A stretch of 64,000 nt of DNA. It comes from a virus (lineage: Duplodnaviria > Caudoviricetes). The notes under the pieces were generated by a model. That model had not been told where the DNA came from. It saw only the letters and a list, made by a program, of their open reading frames with translations, and searched no databases. Every line of letters begins with the position of its first letter. Position 1 is the first letter of the stretch. A program made the translations under genes and the position numbers. Location: the IMG/VR virus record IMGVR_UViG_3300028197_000002, one strand, 5' to 3'. Positions 29,086-39,868 of this stretch are shown here, one piece after another.

Positions 29086-29915
29086 AATTTTTAACTGCTT
29101 ATTATAATCCGTGTAAATATAAAAGTAAAAAATATAATTACTTAAAATTTAGAAAAGACATTGAAGATCAAAATTTAGAATTGATTACTTTAGAAATTTC
29201 TAATACTGATGACTATGAAATTCACGATAGTTACAAATTCAAAGGAGATCCTTTTTTATGGCAAAAAGAATTTCTTTTAAGTAAGGCTTTAGACATTTTC
29301 CCTAACGAAGAAAAATTTACTTGGTTGGATTGTGATATAATTTTTGAAAATAAAAAATGGCATGAAGGATTAGAAAATAAATTAGAAGATTATGACGTCA
29401 TTCAGTTGTTCGAAGATGTTAATTTCTTAAGAAAAAATAAAACAATAGAAAAAAAATTTAAATCTTGCATATTTGAATATCATAACAATGATATGTTCAA
29501 ACGCGGGTATCCAAATCAAGGCCATCCCGGATTTGCTTGGGCTGCTAAAAGAAAGTATGTTAATTTTTATAAAAAAAATTTTTCATTTAGTGGAGATGTT
29601 GTTTTTTGCTCTTCTCTAATAAAAGATTTTTGGATAATAAATTCTTGGAAAATTCCTTTTAAGTTGAAAGAAGATATTTTAGATTGGTGTGTTTTAAACA
29701 ATTCTAATTTAAAGCTTACCAATCTATCGGGATCTATAAATCATTTGTATCATGGTTCTTGGAAGGATAGGCAGTATCCAAGTAGAGTTTCGATTATAAA
29801 CAAATACAAGGAGATAGAAGTTGATGATTTTTTGAAATGTAAAAATGAAAAGGTCCGTTTAGATTTTATTAATTTTATGAAGAAAAGACATGAGGACGGA
29901 ATTTACTTTTTATAA
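29082..29915 (+). CDS. Putative glycosyltransferase
   Basis: YYNP..WQKEFLL..WLDCDIIF..HPGFAWA..HLYHG. Confidence 0.6.
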   Translation: MKFLTAYYNPCKYKSKKYNYLKFRKDIEDQNLELITLEISNTDDYEIHDSYKFKGDPFLWQKEFLLSKALDIFPNEEKFTWLDCDIIFENKKWHEGLENKLEDYDVIQLFEDVNFLRKNKTIEKKFKSCIFEYHNNDMFKRGYPNQGHPGFAWAAKRKYVNFYKKNFSFSGDVVFCSSLIKDFWIINSWKIPFKLKEDILDWCVLNNSNLKLTNLSGSINHLYHGSWKDRQYPSRVSIINKYKEIEVDDFLKCKNEKVRLDFINFMKKRHEDGIYFL

Positions 29916-30614
29916 AAAAAACATTTTTTTATATTCGTCATTTCTTTTTAAAAAACTTTTTATTTTTACTTTATTTGTTGAACAAATCCACATTTCAGAG
30001 TCAAAACGAACTTCCCAAGGTACTTCTAGCCTATTTTTTTTAATTTCTGGTTTTTCTATTTTCTTTATGTAGTGAGAATTTGTCCACCAAAAATTTACTG
30101 GTATGAATTTTTCGTCATCTTTTTTTAGGCATACTATATCGTTTTTATTCAAATGATTCATGCAAGTTTTGTAATTTTTTATTAGAAAATATTTTGCCCA
30201 ATATCTGGTGTATTTGTAAGATTTTTTTACCTCTGAAAAACTTTTGTAGTTTCTTTTTGGATAGTTATTTTTAAAATAATGCTCATCTTTTTTCCATCTT
30301 TTTAGATTTAAAGAAACGCCTTTTGTGTGAAAGTAAAGTAGTTTAAAGTTTTTCTCTGAAGCTACACAGTCTTCGTAGAGCATTTTTAACGTTGGCATTT
30401 CATAGTTTTTTAATTTTCCTAATTCATAAAAATTTACTTTAGGCATTGATTTTAAATAATCAATATATTTGCTAGAAAAATCTTGATCGCTTACACAACC
30501 TATTTTAATTTCATTACAATCTTTATAAATTTCTGATCTTAGAATGCAATTGAAAAATGATTTGGTGATACCTTCCCAGTTATTTATTTTTGCTAAGTGA
30601 TAGTATATTTTCAT
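29910..30614 (-). CDS. Glycosyltransferase-like phage protein
   Basis: YEMPTL..LYFHTKGVS..NFWW..RFDSEMWI; family often seen in glycan clusters. Confidence 0.5.
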   Translation of the reverse strand: MKIYYHLAKINNWEGITKSFFNCILRSEIYKDCNEIKIGCVSDQDFSSKYIDYLKSMPKVNFYELGKLKNYEMPTLKMLYEDCVASEKNFKLLYFHTKGVSLNLKRWKKDEHYFKNNYPKRNYKSFSEVKKSYKYTRYWAKYFLIKNYKTCMNHLNKNDIVCLKKDDEKFIPVNFWWTNSHYIKKIEKPEIKKNRLEVPWEVRFDSEMWICSTNKVKIKSFLKRNDEYKKMFFL

Positions 30615-30633
30615 TAGTTACTATTTTTAATTT

Positions 30634-32184
30634 ATGAGATATTTTGGAATTAACATAGGTCATGATGCTTCTTTAGTTGGTTTAGATGAGAATGGAAAAG
30701 TTTTTTTTCATGCTCAAGCTGAAAGATATCAAGAAAGACAAAAAAATCATTGTGATAATTTATCTCCTATATTTAGTTCTTTTAATATTAGTTTTAAAAA
30801 AGATGATTTTGTCGTTATTTGTCCTGCTTTTTTAAGAACGACACCAGAAGAAGAAAAAACCTATGCCTTAAAAGAATATGATGAGTGTTTAATTAGAAGG
30901 TGTGATGAAAATTATGCAAAAAAAAGAATAGGTAATTCTAATTTAATTCCAAATTTAGTAATAGATCATCATTTTGCACACGCTCTTTCTTCTTGGTTTT
31001 TTAGAGAAGATGATGAAGAAAAATTTTTCATATCTTATGATGGATGTGGTCCATGGGCTGATGAGCATAAGCCTTATAAATCTTCATTAGCAGGAAATAT
31101 AAGTTCTGAAAATTTCTCAATACAATATGATCATGAAAAAATTCCTTCTAGTATGCCTTTCAATCATTTGTTAGGAAAATACTCAGCTGGAAAACTAATG
31201 GGTTTAGCTGGTCATCTTCCTCAAAGCAAAGATAAATTAACTCATGAAGAGTTTATTAAATGGATGGATCTTACTGCAAGTTCTAACTTTATTCATGGAA
31301 GAGTTTTCCCCACACTTGAAAATTCAACGGAAGATTTTTTAGCGTTATCTGCTAAGATTTATAATCATTATATGAATTTTATATGGATTAAATTAAAACA
31401 AAACATAGAAAAGTTTTCTCAAGGAAAAGGTGTTCTAATAGGAGGAGGAACAGCGTTAGCTTTGGAAACAAATACCAAAATTTATAATTTAAGTAAAAAT
31501 TTGACTTTTGGACCTGCTGTTGATGATAGTGGTTTGGCGTTGGGCGCAGCTTCTTTTGCTTATTTCCACATTAATAAAAAGTGGCCAAGTTCAATTTCAA
31601 CTCCTAATTTAAATAACAATGCAAAAAAAAATGTTTCCTTTGGTCCGCAAGATCCACAAGAAATAGCAAATTTGTTATTTAAAAATAAAACCATAGGTCT
31701 TATTAGAGGAAAATCAGAAATTGGCCCTCGTGCTTTAGGTTTTAGATCAATTCTTTCACAGGCATCCGAGTACAAAAATCTGAAAAAAGTATCTCAAGTT
31801 TTAAAAGGTAGAGAGTATTATCGTCCTTTGGCTCCTATTGTAACTTCTGATCACTTTGAAAAATATTTTGTTGGGCCTAAAGGAAAATATATGCAATATA
31901 AGTGCATGTGTAACAAAATTTGTCAAGAAGATCTGCCTGCTATTGTTCACAAAGACTTATCGGCTAGGCCTCAAGTGGTATATAAAGAACAAGATCCTTG
32001 GCTTTATTCTCTTCTAAAAGAATATGGATCTTTGAGCGGCTCTGAATGTCTTATAAACACCTCTTTAAATGGAAAGAACAAACCTATTTGCAGTAGCTTA
32101 GAAGATGCTGTTTCTGATTTTAAAAACAAAGAAATTCAATTGATATCAATTAATGATAAATTAGATTCTTTGAAGTTCATATGA
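30634..32184 (+). CDS. Carbamoyltransferase (NodU/CmcH family)
   Basis: GHDAS, HHFAHA, DGCG, GKLMGLA, DDSGLALG, GPRALGFRS, RPLAP, INTSLN. Confidence 0.92.
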   Translation: MRYFGINIGHDASLVGLDENGKVFFHAQAERYQERQKNHCDNLSPIFSSFNISFKKDDFVVICPAFLRTTPEEEKTYALKEYDECLIRRCDENYAKKRIGNSNLIPNLVIDHHFAHALSSWFFREDDEEKFFISYDGCGPWADEHKPYKSSLAGNISSENFSIQYDHEKIPSSMPFNHLLGKYSAGKLMGLAGHLPQSKDKLTHEEFIKWMDLTASSNFIHGRVFPTLENSTEDFLALSAKIYNHYMNFIWIKLKQNIEKFSQGKGVLIGGGTALALETNTKIYNLSKNLTFGPAVDDSGLALGAASFAYFHINKKWPSSISTPNLNNNAKKNVSFGPQDPQEIANLLFKNKTIGLIRGKSEIGPRALGFRSILSQASEYKNLKKVSQVLKGREYYRPLAPIVTSDHFEKYFVGPKGKYMQYKCMCNKICQEDLPAIVHKDLSARPQVVYKEQDPWLYSLLKEYGSLSGSECLINTSLNGKNKPICSSLEDAVSDFKNKEIQLISINDKLDSLKFI

Positions 32185-32959
32185 AATAAATAGAATTTTT
32201 AGTTTTTGTTTTCGGGTAGCATTTGTAAACGCTAGACAGACAGCGACCGGAGTCATTTTTTATATATACTGTTGATTTTATTCCAATAATTCCTGCCAAA
32301 TGAGACATGCCGCTGTCGGCTCCAATGAATTCTTTGCATCTGTTCATTTTTTCTATCAAATAAGACAAGTCTCCTAAAAGATATTTTGATTCTTCTATTT
32401 TGGTGTAAATTTTAATATAATATTCTTTTGATTCTTTTCCACCTATGTAAAAATAATTTTTGTATTTTAATATTTCTTTGATTTCTTTTTCTGAGTAATT
32501 TTTTTTAACTCCTCTTTTGTCAAATTGAACTAAAGTTAATTCTTTTTTTCTATTTGTTTTTAGTTTTTGTTTTATTGGATTTGATTTTTTAATGTCAAAA
32601 TTAAAATTTTCTATTAAGAATTTTGAAAATTGACTTATAAAAAAACAACCATTATACATTCCAATTTTACAATTACATTTATTTTTGAGCGAATAGTTGT
32701 TTATTTCTTTTATTAGATCTACTGAGTTTATTGTAAATATATTTAATTTTTCGTTTATTGAAACCTTTTTAAATTCAAAGTGTTTGTTGAGTTTTTTGCA
32801 TATCTCGCAAACTTTTTCGCCTTCTACTTTTAATTTAAAATTTATATTTTTTTGTTTTCCTAGATTTTCAAGGCAATACATGATAAAGATCACATCGCCA
32901 ATTCCACATGTTTTTCCATTGAAGTTTTCTTCTTTTATACTAAAATATTTTGTAGGCAT
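32177..32959 (-). CDS. GT9-like (heptosyltransferase fold) protein
   Basis: GIGDVIF..FIGADSGMSHLAG. Confidence 0.7.
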   Translation of the reverse strand: MPTKYFSIKEENFNGKTCGIGDVIFIMYCLENLGKQKNINFKLKVEGEKVCEICKKLNKHFEFKKVSINEKLNIFTINSVDLIKEINNYSLKNKCNCKIGMYNGCFFISQFSKFLIENFNFDIKKSNPIKQKLKTNRKKELTLVQFDKRGVKKNYSEKEIKEILKYKNYFYIGGKESKEYYIKIYTKIEESKYLLGDLSYLIEKMNRCKEFIGADSGMSHLAGIIGIKSTVYIKNDSGRCLSSVYKCYPKTKTKNSIYFI

Positions 32960-32969
32960 GTTGATATCT

Positions 32970-33638
32970 ATGATTACAAAAAAAACTCTTGTAGCACACC
33001 AACCGAGTTATTTGCCTTGGTTGGGTTATGTTGAAAAATTGAGAATTAGTGATGTCTTTGTGATAATGGATGATGTTAAATTTAGCAAGAATAGCATGTA
33101 TGCTAGAAATTACATAAAGATTAAAGATAAAAAAGTTCTTTTAACTGTCCCTACTTGTAATGAAGATAAAAATAAAAAGATAAAAGATGTGAAGATAGCA
33201 GGGGATTCTTGGAGGCAGAATCATTTAAAAAAAATAATTATGGCTTATTCTAAAAGTGATTTTTATGATTTATATTTTCCAAGAATTGAAAAAATATATT
33301 GTAAAAACTGGAAATGGATTTTCGATTTGAATTTAGAATTTTTATTTTTTATAAAAGATGTTTTTGAAATCAAATCTGATTTGAAAATTGCTAGTCATTT
33401 TGATTTTGAAGGAGATAAAAATTTAAGATTGGTAAATTATTGCAATCAATTTAATGCAAATGAGTATTTGTTTGGGGAAAATGGAAAAAACTATGTAGAT
33501 GAGAAGTTGTTTTCAGAGAATGGGGTGAGAGTAGGATTTCAGAAATTTAAATGTCCCAATGAAAGACTAAGTTTTTTAGATTATATTTTCAAATACAAAA
33601 TATATGATGGCTTTTTCGGAGTGATAGAATATGTTTAA
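32970..33638 (+). CDS. WbqC-like family protein
   Basis: AHQPSYLPWLGY, VFVIMDDVKF, RNYIK, LTVP, YLFGENGKNY. Confidence 0.88.
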   Translation: MITKKTLVAHQPSYLPWLGYVEKLRISDVFVIMDDVKFSKNSMYARNYIKIKDKKVLLTVPTCNEDKNKKIKDVKIAGDSWRQNHLKKIIMAYSKSDFYDLYFPRIEKIYCKNWKWIFDLNLEFLFFIKDVFEIKSDLKIASHFDFEGDKNLRLVNYCNQFNANEYLFGENGKNYVDEKLFSENGVRVGFQKFKCPNERLSFLDYIFKYKIYDGFFGVIEYV

Positions 33639-34221
33639 AAATGAAAAAGAGTATTTTGAAATTCACGAAAATAAAAAAGGAGCTTTGAAATTAGGATTTG
33701 GTTCCACATATAGTCAAAGTTATAGATATGGTGTTTTGACTAAAGACATAGATCTGAAAAACAAGAAGGCTATTCTTTTGGGATGTGGAGAGGGCGCAGG
33801 TGTTCCATTTTTACAATCTAAAGGATGTGAAGAAATTTATGGTTTTGACATATTGAAAAAAAATATAATTTCGGCTAAGAATAAATACCCTGATCTAGAG
33901 GAGAATTTTTTTGTTATCTCCAGAACAGAGGATGTGAGAAAAGTAGTTTCCACAACAGATTGGATTTTTGCTTCCGGAACTTGGAACGTAAAAACAAAAG
34001 AGAAATATTCTAAAATAGAAGGCCTTCTAGATTTAGTAGATATTGTTAGTGTTGGAATTGCCACTAATCTAACAACAAATGTTTCAGAGAGTGATGATTG
34101 TCATAATTTTTCTCAATTAAAAGTCTTGGAAATGTTTATGAATAAATTTAAAAAATGGAAATTAGATTATAGTTATTTTAAAAATGACTTTTCAATATTT
34201 GGAATTGATCCTATAAAATAA
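33631..34221 (+). CDS. Class I SAM methyltransferase-like protein
   Basis: LLGCGEG, YGFDI, DWIFASGTWN; similar layout to 20226. Confidence 0.75.
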   Translation: MFKNEKEYFEIHENKKGALKLGFGSTYSQSYRYGVLTKDIDLKNKKAILLGCGEGAGVPFLQSKGCEEIYGFDILKKNIISAKNKYPDLEENFFVISRTEDVRKVVSTTDWIFASGTWNVKTKEKYSKIEGLLDLVDIVSVGIATNLTTNVSESDDCHNFSQLKVLEMFMNKFKKWKLDYSYFKNDFSIFGIDPIK

Positions 34222-35956
34222 ATTTGTTTTTATATATTATCTTGTCGCCAATACATAGTATGTCCATACCTGAGTTTTCAAATATTGTTTTTGCCTGCGT
34301 AGTATTTCCAACTATTGGACCACCTCCTTCATTTAAAGAGGTGTTTAACAACATTGGGATTTTTGTTAATTTGTAAAATTCTTTGATCAATTCATAAAAG
34401 TCTTCATTGTCTTCTTTTTCTATTGTTTGAATTCTGCTTGTTCCATCTTCATGTGTTACTGCTGGAATTATTTTTTGTTTTTCTTTTTTTACTTTTGCTG
34501 CGAACATCATGTGTTTGCTTTTATGAATATCAAACCAATCTTTTGCAAATTCTTCTAAAACAGAAGGGGCATATGGCCTCCAATGTTCTCTGTGTTTTAC
34601 TTTTGAGTTTAATTTATCTTTTCCATCTTTGATTGATGGATTCATTAAAATAGATCTATTTCCTAAAGCTCTGGGACCTATCTCGCCATTCCCTTGATAC
34701 CACCCAATAATTTTTCCTTTTGCTAATTCTTTAGCAATTGTTTGTATTGTTTCTTTGCTTGGTCTTTCTACGGATTGATCACTTTGCATGTAAGGAAAAT
34801 TTTTAATTTCTGGAAATTTTATTTCATATTTTAGAAGTAAAAATGCCAAACAACCTAAGCTTAATCCTCCATCGTAACAATGAGGAACCACATGCAGATC
34901 GGGATATTCTTTTAAAAATTTTGCATTTGCAACTGTATTTTGAGCACATCCTCCAGAGTATACAATTTTAGATTTTTTTGGAATGAATTTTTTAAACATT
35001 AGTAAAACTATTTCTTCCCATATTTTGTGAAAAGTTGTTACTAAATTTAGAAAATTTTCATTTTTAAAGTTGCATGCATTAGAATGTTTGATTAGTTCGG
35101 GTCTTTTGTTTGGGTCAAGTATGTCGTCAGGCATACATAAAAAAACATTTAATGATTCAAACCAAAAATTTGTTATTTTAAATTTCAATATATTATTTTT
35201 TGATTTTTCTTTAAAATATCGAATGATATTTTCATCTATTTTTCCATATGCTTGCAAACCCATAATCTTCCCAGCAAAATCTTGAAGCTTCCCTTGCATG
35301 TTCATGCAAATTCCTATGTTTTCGAACAGCCCTCCCAGAGAATTCCAATTTATTTCTATGTCGTTGTTGTCATTCTTTCTTATCCATCTTGAATTAAATA
35401 AGATTTTTAAATTTTTCATATCAAAAGGATTTTTTAAAATTAACTTGTTATTAAAATCAGGTCCTCCTCCATCTATGGAAATTCCATAATCTGATTCTTT
35501 GAAGTTTTCATTCGATATCCATCCGCTTAGGATGTGGCAATAATCATGATGCACCCAACAAATTGGGACATCTGTCATTTTTGTTTTCGCCAGCAACGTG
35601 ACATAATTCTCTAAAATTTCTTTTCTTTTGCAGATTAAATGTTTGTTTTTTTTAATTACTGATTCTATTTCTTTTATATTTTTTATCCATTCTAATTCTA
35701 ATGATTTTATGTTTTTATAGTTCTGGCTAAACAAAGTAATTGATTTATCGTCTAAATCTTTTAAACTTCCAAGAGTTATTGCTACGACATCTGCTTTAAA
35801 TTTATTTTTGTTTATGAATTTTGAAATCGCAGTACAATGTTCATCGTGTTTCTTTTTTGAATGTCTTTCTTCTTTGATATAATGAAGTTCGGAAGTTTTT
35901 GAATCATAGGTAGTTACGTTAAAATCATGGCCCGAATGAACACATAGAAATTTCAT
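34211..35956 (-). CDS. Carbamoyltransferase (NodU/CmcH family)
   Basis: GHD, HHDYCH, DGGG, AGKIMGLQAYG, DGGLSLG, GPRALGNRS, REHWRPYAP, LNTSLN. Confidence 0.92.
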   Translation of the reverse strand: MKFLCVHSGHDFNVTTYDSKTSELHYIKEERHSKKKHDEHCTAISKFINKNKFKADVVAITLGSLKDLDDKSITLFSQNYKNIKSLELEWIKNIKEIESVIKKNKHLICKRKEILENYVTLLAKTKMTDVPICWVHHDYCHILSGWISNENFKESDYGISIDGGGPDFNNKLILKNPFDMKNLKILFNSRWIRKNDNNDIEINWNSLGGLFENIGICMNMQGKLQDFAGKIMGLQAYGKIDENIIRYFKEKSKNNILKFKITNFWFESLNVFLCMPDDILDPNKRPELIKHSNACNFKNENFLNLVTTFHKIWEEIVLLMFKKFIPKKSKIVYSGGCAQNTVANAKFLKEYPDLHVVPHCYDGGLSLGCLAFLLLKYEIKFPEIKNFPYMQSDQSVERPSKETIQTIAKELAKGKIIGWYQGNGEIGPRALGNRSILMNPSIKDGKDKLNSKVKHREHWRPYAPSVLEEFAKDWFDIHKSKHMMFAAKVKKEKQKIIPAVTHEDGTSRIQTIEKEDNEDFYELIKEFYKLTKIPMLLNTSLNEGGGPIVGNTTQAKTIFENSGMDILCIGDKIIYKNKFIL

Positions 35957-36050
35957 TTTTATCCTCTCTAATTTTTATGATTTACTATTATATAGTATGA
36001 TTTATTGTGTAATGCTGTTAAGAGAAAAATTTAAAGCAATTGAATAAAGT

Positions 36051-36686
36051 ATGAAATTTTTAAATTTTAAAAAAGTTTTGTGTTTGTCTCCTCATCCTGA
36101 TGATGTTGAAATAGGGATGATGGGAAGTATAATTAAATTTAAAAAAACTGATTTTGATTTGCTTTATCTTTCTAAAGGTGGAGCAAAAAAATACGATAAA
36201 ACAAATAGCAAAAATAGAATCGAAGAAGCTATTGGTATTTGGAGTTATTCTAAGCAGAAGAACGTTTCTTTTATTTCCTCTAAATTCAACTATATAGAAG
36301 ACGCAACAGAAGAAGATTGGATTAACTATTTAGATAAAGTCTTTTGCAAGAAAAAATACGATTGCTTGTTTGTTCCTTCTTTAGAAGATTCTCACTCAGA
36401 TCATCAGCTAGTAAATAAATTTGGCAAAGCTATGTTGAGAATATCCAAGACATCTCTTATAGAATATCAAACGCCTAGTTCTTTAAATGATTGGTCGTTT
36501 AATTTTTTTGTAGACATAAGAAATCAATATGAAGACAAAATTAATTATTTAAGAATGATAGAGTCGCAGAAAGAGAAAGAATATCTAAAGCAAAAAGCTT
36601 TAGATTGTTTTCATTCAAACTTCCAGTGCTCTAAAAAAGGTTTGCTAGAAGTTGAAAAATTTAAAATTATTGATCTTTATTGTTAA
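36051..36686 (+). CDS. PIG-L/LmbE family deacetylase
   Basis: SPHPDDVEIG, HSDH. Confidence 0.88.
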   Translation: MKFLNFKKVLCLSPHPDDVEIGMMGSIIKFKKTDFDLLYLSKGGAKKYDKTNSKNRIEEAIGIWSYSKQKNVSFISSKFNYIEDATEEDWINYLDKVFCKKKYDCLFVPSLEDSHSDHQLVNKFGKAMLRISKTSLIEYQTPSSLNDWSFNFFVDIRNQYEDKINYLRMIESQKEKEYLKQKALDCFHSNFQCSKKGLLEVEKFKIIDLYC

Positions 36687-37467
36687 TGCGAATATTTTTG
36701 TACTTTTCCCAAGGAATGCGTTTTGTTGAATTATGTTCACAAAAATGACAGCCGTATTTCCCATGTTTATAATCTAACCAACAATTAGAAATTTCTATGT
36801 CATTTATAAAAATCGGATCTTTATTTAACAAACATTTTGCGACCAAACCTTGTTCGTCAAAATATTCCCATTTTTTCAAATTAGCTTCTTTTAAAAATTT
36901 TATTATTTCATGTTCGAATTCATAATTTGGTGGCAAACCAAAAATCCCACTATTTAAAATAAATTTTTTTGATTTTTTATTATGTGTAAAGCTTCCTTCG
37001 ACTGCTTGTGCAATTTCGCGATGTTTAATACTTGCCGGATTATAAATAGAAAAAAAACTGGAAAATGCACCATAAGGCAGACGTCTATATTTGTTGATCC
37101 GCATGTCATTGCATCCATAGCATAGAGGTTTGTTGCTTTGTAAAAACTTATCTATTTGAGGAATTCTTTTGTGAATTACAATGTCATTATCTAAAAATAT
37201 TTCATGAGAATTTATTCTTAGTCGAGGAGGAAAAAGCTTCCAAGCGTTAATAGAAAAAGGCTTGACTTGAATATTGCAACAATCGTGTGTTTGCTGGAAA
37301 TAAGAAACATTTTCTAAAGTTTCTAAATCTTCTAATTCTATTTCGTTGTAACAAACCGTATAGTCAAACTCTGGATAGATTTTTTTAAAAGATATGATAG
37401 ATTCTTTAAGTATTTCATGTCCTGTTTTGCTTACTTTTCCTATTGTCCATCTAGCTAAAGGCTTCAT
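36667..37467 (-). CDS. Putative glycosyltransferase, KPLxRW family (copy 1)
   Basis: KPLARWTIG..WKLFPPRL..HEIFLDND..NSGIFGL..DEQG. Confidence 0.6.
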   Translation of the reverse strand: MKPLARWTIGKVSKTGHEILKESIISFKKIYPEFDYTVCYNEIELEDLETLENVSYFQQTHDCCNIQVKPFSINAWKLFPPRLRINSHEIFLDNDIVIHKRIPQIDKFLQSNKPLCYGCNDMRINKYRRLPYGAFSSFFSIYNPASIKHREIAQAVEGSFTHNKKSKKFILNSGIFGLPPNYEFEHEIIKFLKEANLKKWEYFDEQGLVAKCLLNKDPIFINDIEISNCWLDYKHGKYGCHFCEHNSTKRIPWEKYKNIRINNKDQ

Positions 37468-37505
37468 ATTGATTTAAGTTTAGTGGTTTCTTTATATATA
37501 GTTTT

Positions 37506-38300
37506 ATGATCAATATAATAATTTCTATTTTTGATGAAGCATTCATGTTTCATGCAATGAGAATGTATAAATCTTATAGATTTTTTGATAAAGAAACAAA
37601 AATGTATGCTGGATCAATAAATCTTTCTCAAAAAAGCATTGAAAAATTAGAATCCATAGGAGTTGAAGTTTTATTTAACAAAAAAAAAGAAGTTCCAAAA
37701 CACCTTCAGCTATGCGATTTAATTATTGAAGATTATATAGAAGATGTTGAGTGGGATAGTTTAATGTGGATAGATGCAGATACTATTGTTCTTAGGCCTT
37801 TGAATCATCTTTTTTCTCAAGATTTTGATTTCATTTGTCATGGAGGCAATATAAATTTAGGTTATTTTAAGCAAGGAGCTTTTAATTGCTATCCTTACAA
37901 ATCTACTTGGATAAAAAGAGAAATAAAAAATGATGAATTAGTTGAAACATGCAAATGGGGAGATTTTTTTGCAATGGGTCTTTGGGTTGCTAAAAATAAA
38001 GAGTTGATAAAAGATTTTAATTTATTGTATAAAAAAAATAAAAGATCTTATTTTGAAGGAGACATTTGCAGCGAACTTTTGAATGCCAAATATAAATGCA
38101 AACAGCTAGACGGTTTTGAATGGTCAGTTGGAACATTGCAAAATGATTTGTTGTATTATGAGAACGATAAAGTTATTTTAAAAGTAGGCGACAAGAAGCA
38201 TTTTCCGTACCAGTTTGGTTATTCTAGAATAGGAGAGGAAAGGCCTGAATGCGAAGCTATAGAAAAGTTTTATAAGAAACGAATATTGAAATTAGGATGA
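37506..38300 (+). CDS. GT8-like glycosyltransferase
   Basis: LMWIDADTIV DxD motif. Confidence 0.6.
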   Translation: MINIIISIFDEAFMFHAMRMYKSYRFFDKETKMYAGSINLSQKSIEKLESIGVEVLFNKKKEVPKHLQLCDLIIEDYIEDVEWDSLMWIDADTIVLRPLNHLFSQDFDFICHGGNINLGYFKQGAFNCYPYKSTWIKREIKNDELVETCKWGDFFAMGLWVAKNKELIKDFNLLYKKNKRSYFEGDICSELLNAKYKCKQLDGFEWSVGTLQNDLLYYENDKVILKVGDKKHFPYQFGYSRIGEERPECEAIEKFYKKRILKLG

Positions 38301-39043
38301 AAATTAAATATTTTTTCATTATAAAACTTTAGTTGTTCGTCACAAATTATTGTTTTAAAAAAATCTTCATTTGTGGTAAGTTGTCGGTATCTTTTCGTAA
38401 CTTCCATTTGTTGAGATCTGTTTTGATAATCCATTTGATCAAAACTACTTCCACCACCGTTAGTTGCTAAGAATTCCAATCCCGCATCGGAATGTTCTAC
38501 TTCGAATTTCGCAGATATTTCTTCTCTGTATTCTTTTTTTAAAAACCAATCATTAAAATTTATTTTTATTACTTCTTTATTGAAAAATGAAGGTTCTAAG
38601 TATTCTTTTGCATATGAAATCCAAAGTTCCTTGTCATTATAGTTTGTCCAAATTTCATTCCACCAATTCATTTCCATAGTTGGATTTAATTTTTTTTGAT
38701 ATCTAGATGCGTATGTGTTGTACGCATCTCTTAATAGCAAAATGTTATTTATTTTTGGTTTTAATTTTAGTACGTGACTAAAACTACTATTGAATTTTTC
38801 ATTTAACAGAACGGGCCTGTCTTCAAAACTTAAAATGCTAATTTTAAAATCAGAATGCCGACATCCTTTTTTTGTTATTTCGTGTGGCCCATCAACATAT
38901 ATATGTTCACCTATAACAAAGCAGTTGTTATAATGAATGTAAGATTCAAAGTGATTTAACAACCAGTTAATTACAGCATGGTTTCCACTTCTTTTTAATC
39001 CAAAAAAAAAGTAATCTCTATGTTCATTTGGTATTTTCATCAT
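38270..39043 (-). CDS. Sulfotransferase-like protein
   Basis: FGLKRSGNHAVINW..LLLRDAYNTYAS. Confidence 0.65.
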   Translation of the reverse strand: MMKIPNEHRDYFFFGLKRSGNHAVINWLLNHFESYIHYNNCFVIGEHIYVDGPHEITKKGCRHSDFKISILSFEDRPVLLNEKFNSSFSHVLKLKPKINNILLLRDAYNTYASRYQKKLNPTMEMNWWNEIWTNYNDKELWISYAKEYLEPSFFNKEVIKINFNDWFLKKEYREEISAKFEVEHSDAGLEFLATNGGGSSFDQMDYQNRSQQMEVTKRYRQLTTNEDFFKTIICDEQLKFYNEKIFNFHPNFNIRFL

Positions 39044-39067
39044 AGCATTTTAAAATAGTTTATTGTA

Positions 39068-39868
39068 ATGAGTAATTATAAAACAATAGGAATAATATCT
39101 CTTTCTAGGAGTGGTAGTACATTTTTAAATAATCACTTTGTTAATAAAAATAATTATTCTATTGAAGAGTTTTTTAATCATTGTGATTTGGGTGATGGAC
39201 GCATAGCCGATCCCGCTATGATAAAATTATTTAGTAGAATTGAAAAACAAGTAAAAGGATTCGATGGCTCAAATGTGGATTTCAATAATAGAATTGATCA
39301 ATTTTTCTTTATAAAAAAAACAATTAAAAAAAACATAGTACTTAAGATAATTCCCAGCCATGCTTCTTGGCTGGATGAAAATAAAATTATTCCAATTATT
39401 GATAATTTAGATTTTTTAATTTTTAATTATAGAAAAAACTTATTGGATTCATTCATTAGTTTAGAAAAGGCAAAAATAACGGGCCGATGGTCTTCAATTA
39501 ATCATGAGTATATAGATTTAAAAATAAAATGGGATGAAAAAAGATGGGGTGAGTATTTGTCAGCCAGTATTGATTCACTAAATTTCATTTTAAATATTTA
39601 TAATAAATTTGAAAGAAAAAAACACATGGTTTGTTATGAAGATTTTTGTAAAAATAAATCAAGATTTGATTATTTGTCTGATATTTTTGAAGATCAAATT
39701 GTTCTTCGTGAAAATTCTATTTGTCTTAAAAAGCAAAGAAAAGAAAATATTTTAGAAGATAACTTTATTAATCCGTTAGAGTTTTTAGATTACTCTATGC
39801 ATAATGAATCGTTAACAACATTTGCAAAAGACATTTCAATTTATATTAAATCAAAACTAAAATCATGA
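39068..39868 (+). CDS. Sulfotransferase (Stf0-like)
   Basis: SLSRSGSTFL, YRKNLLDSFIS, VCYEDF. Confidence 0.7.
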   Translation: MSNYKTIGIISLSRSGSTFLNNHFVNKNNYSIEEFFNHCDLGDGRIADPAMIKLFSRIEKQVKGFDGSNVDFNNRIDQFFFIKKTIKKNIVLKIIPSHASWLDENKIIPIIDNLDFLIFNYRKNLLDSFISLEKAKITGRWSSINHEYIDLKIKWDEKRWGEYLSASIDSLNFILNIYNKFERKKHMVCYEDFCKNKSRFDYLSDIFEDQIVLRENSICLKKQRKENILEDNFINPLEFLDYSMHNESLTTFAKDISIYIKSKLKS

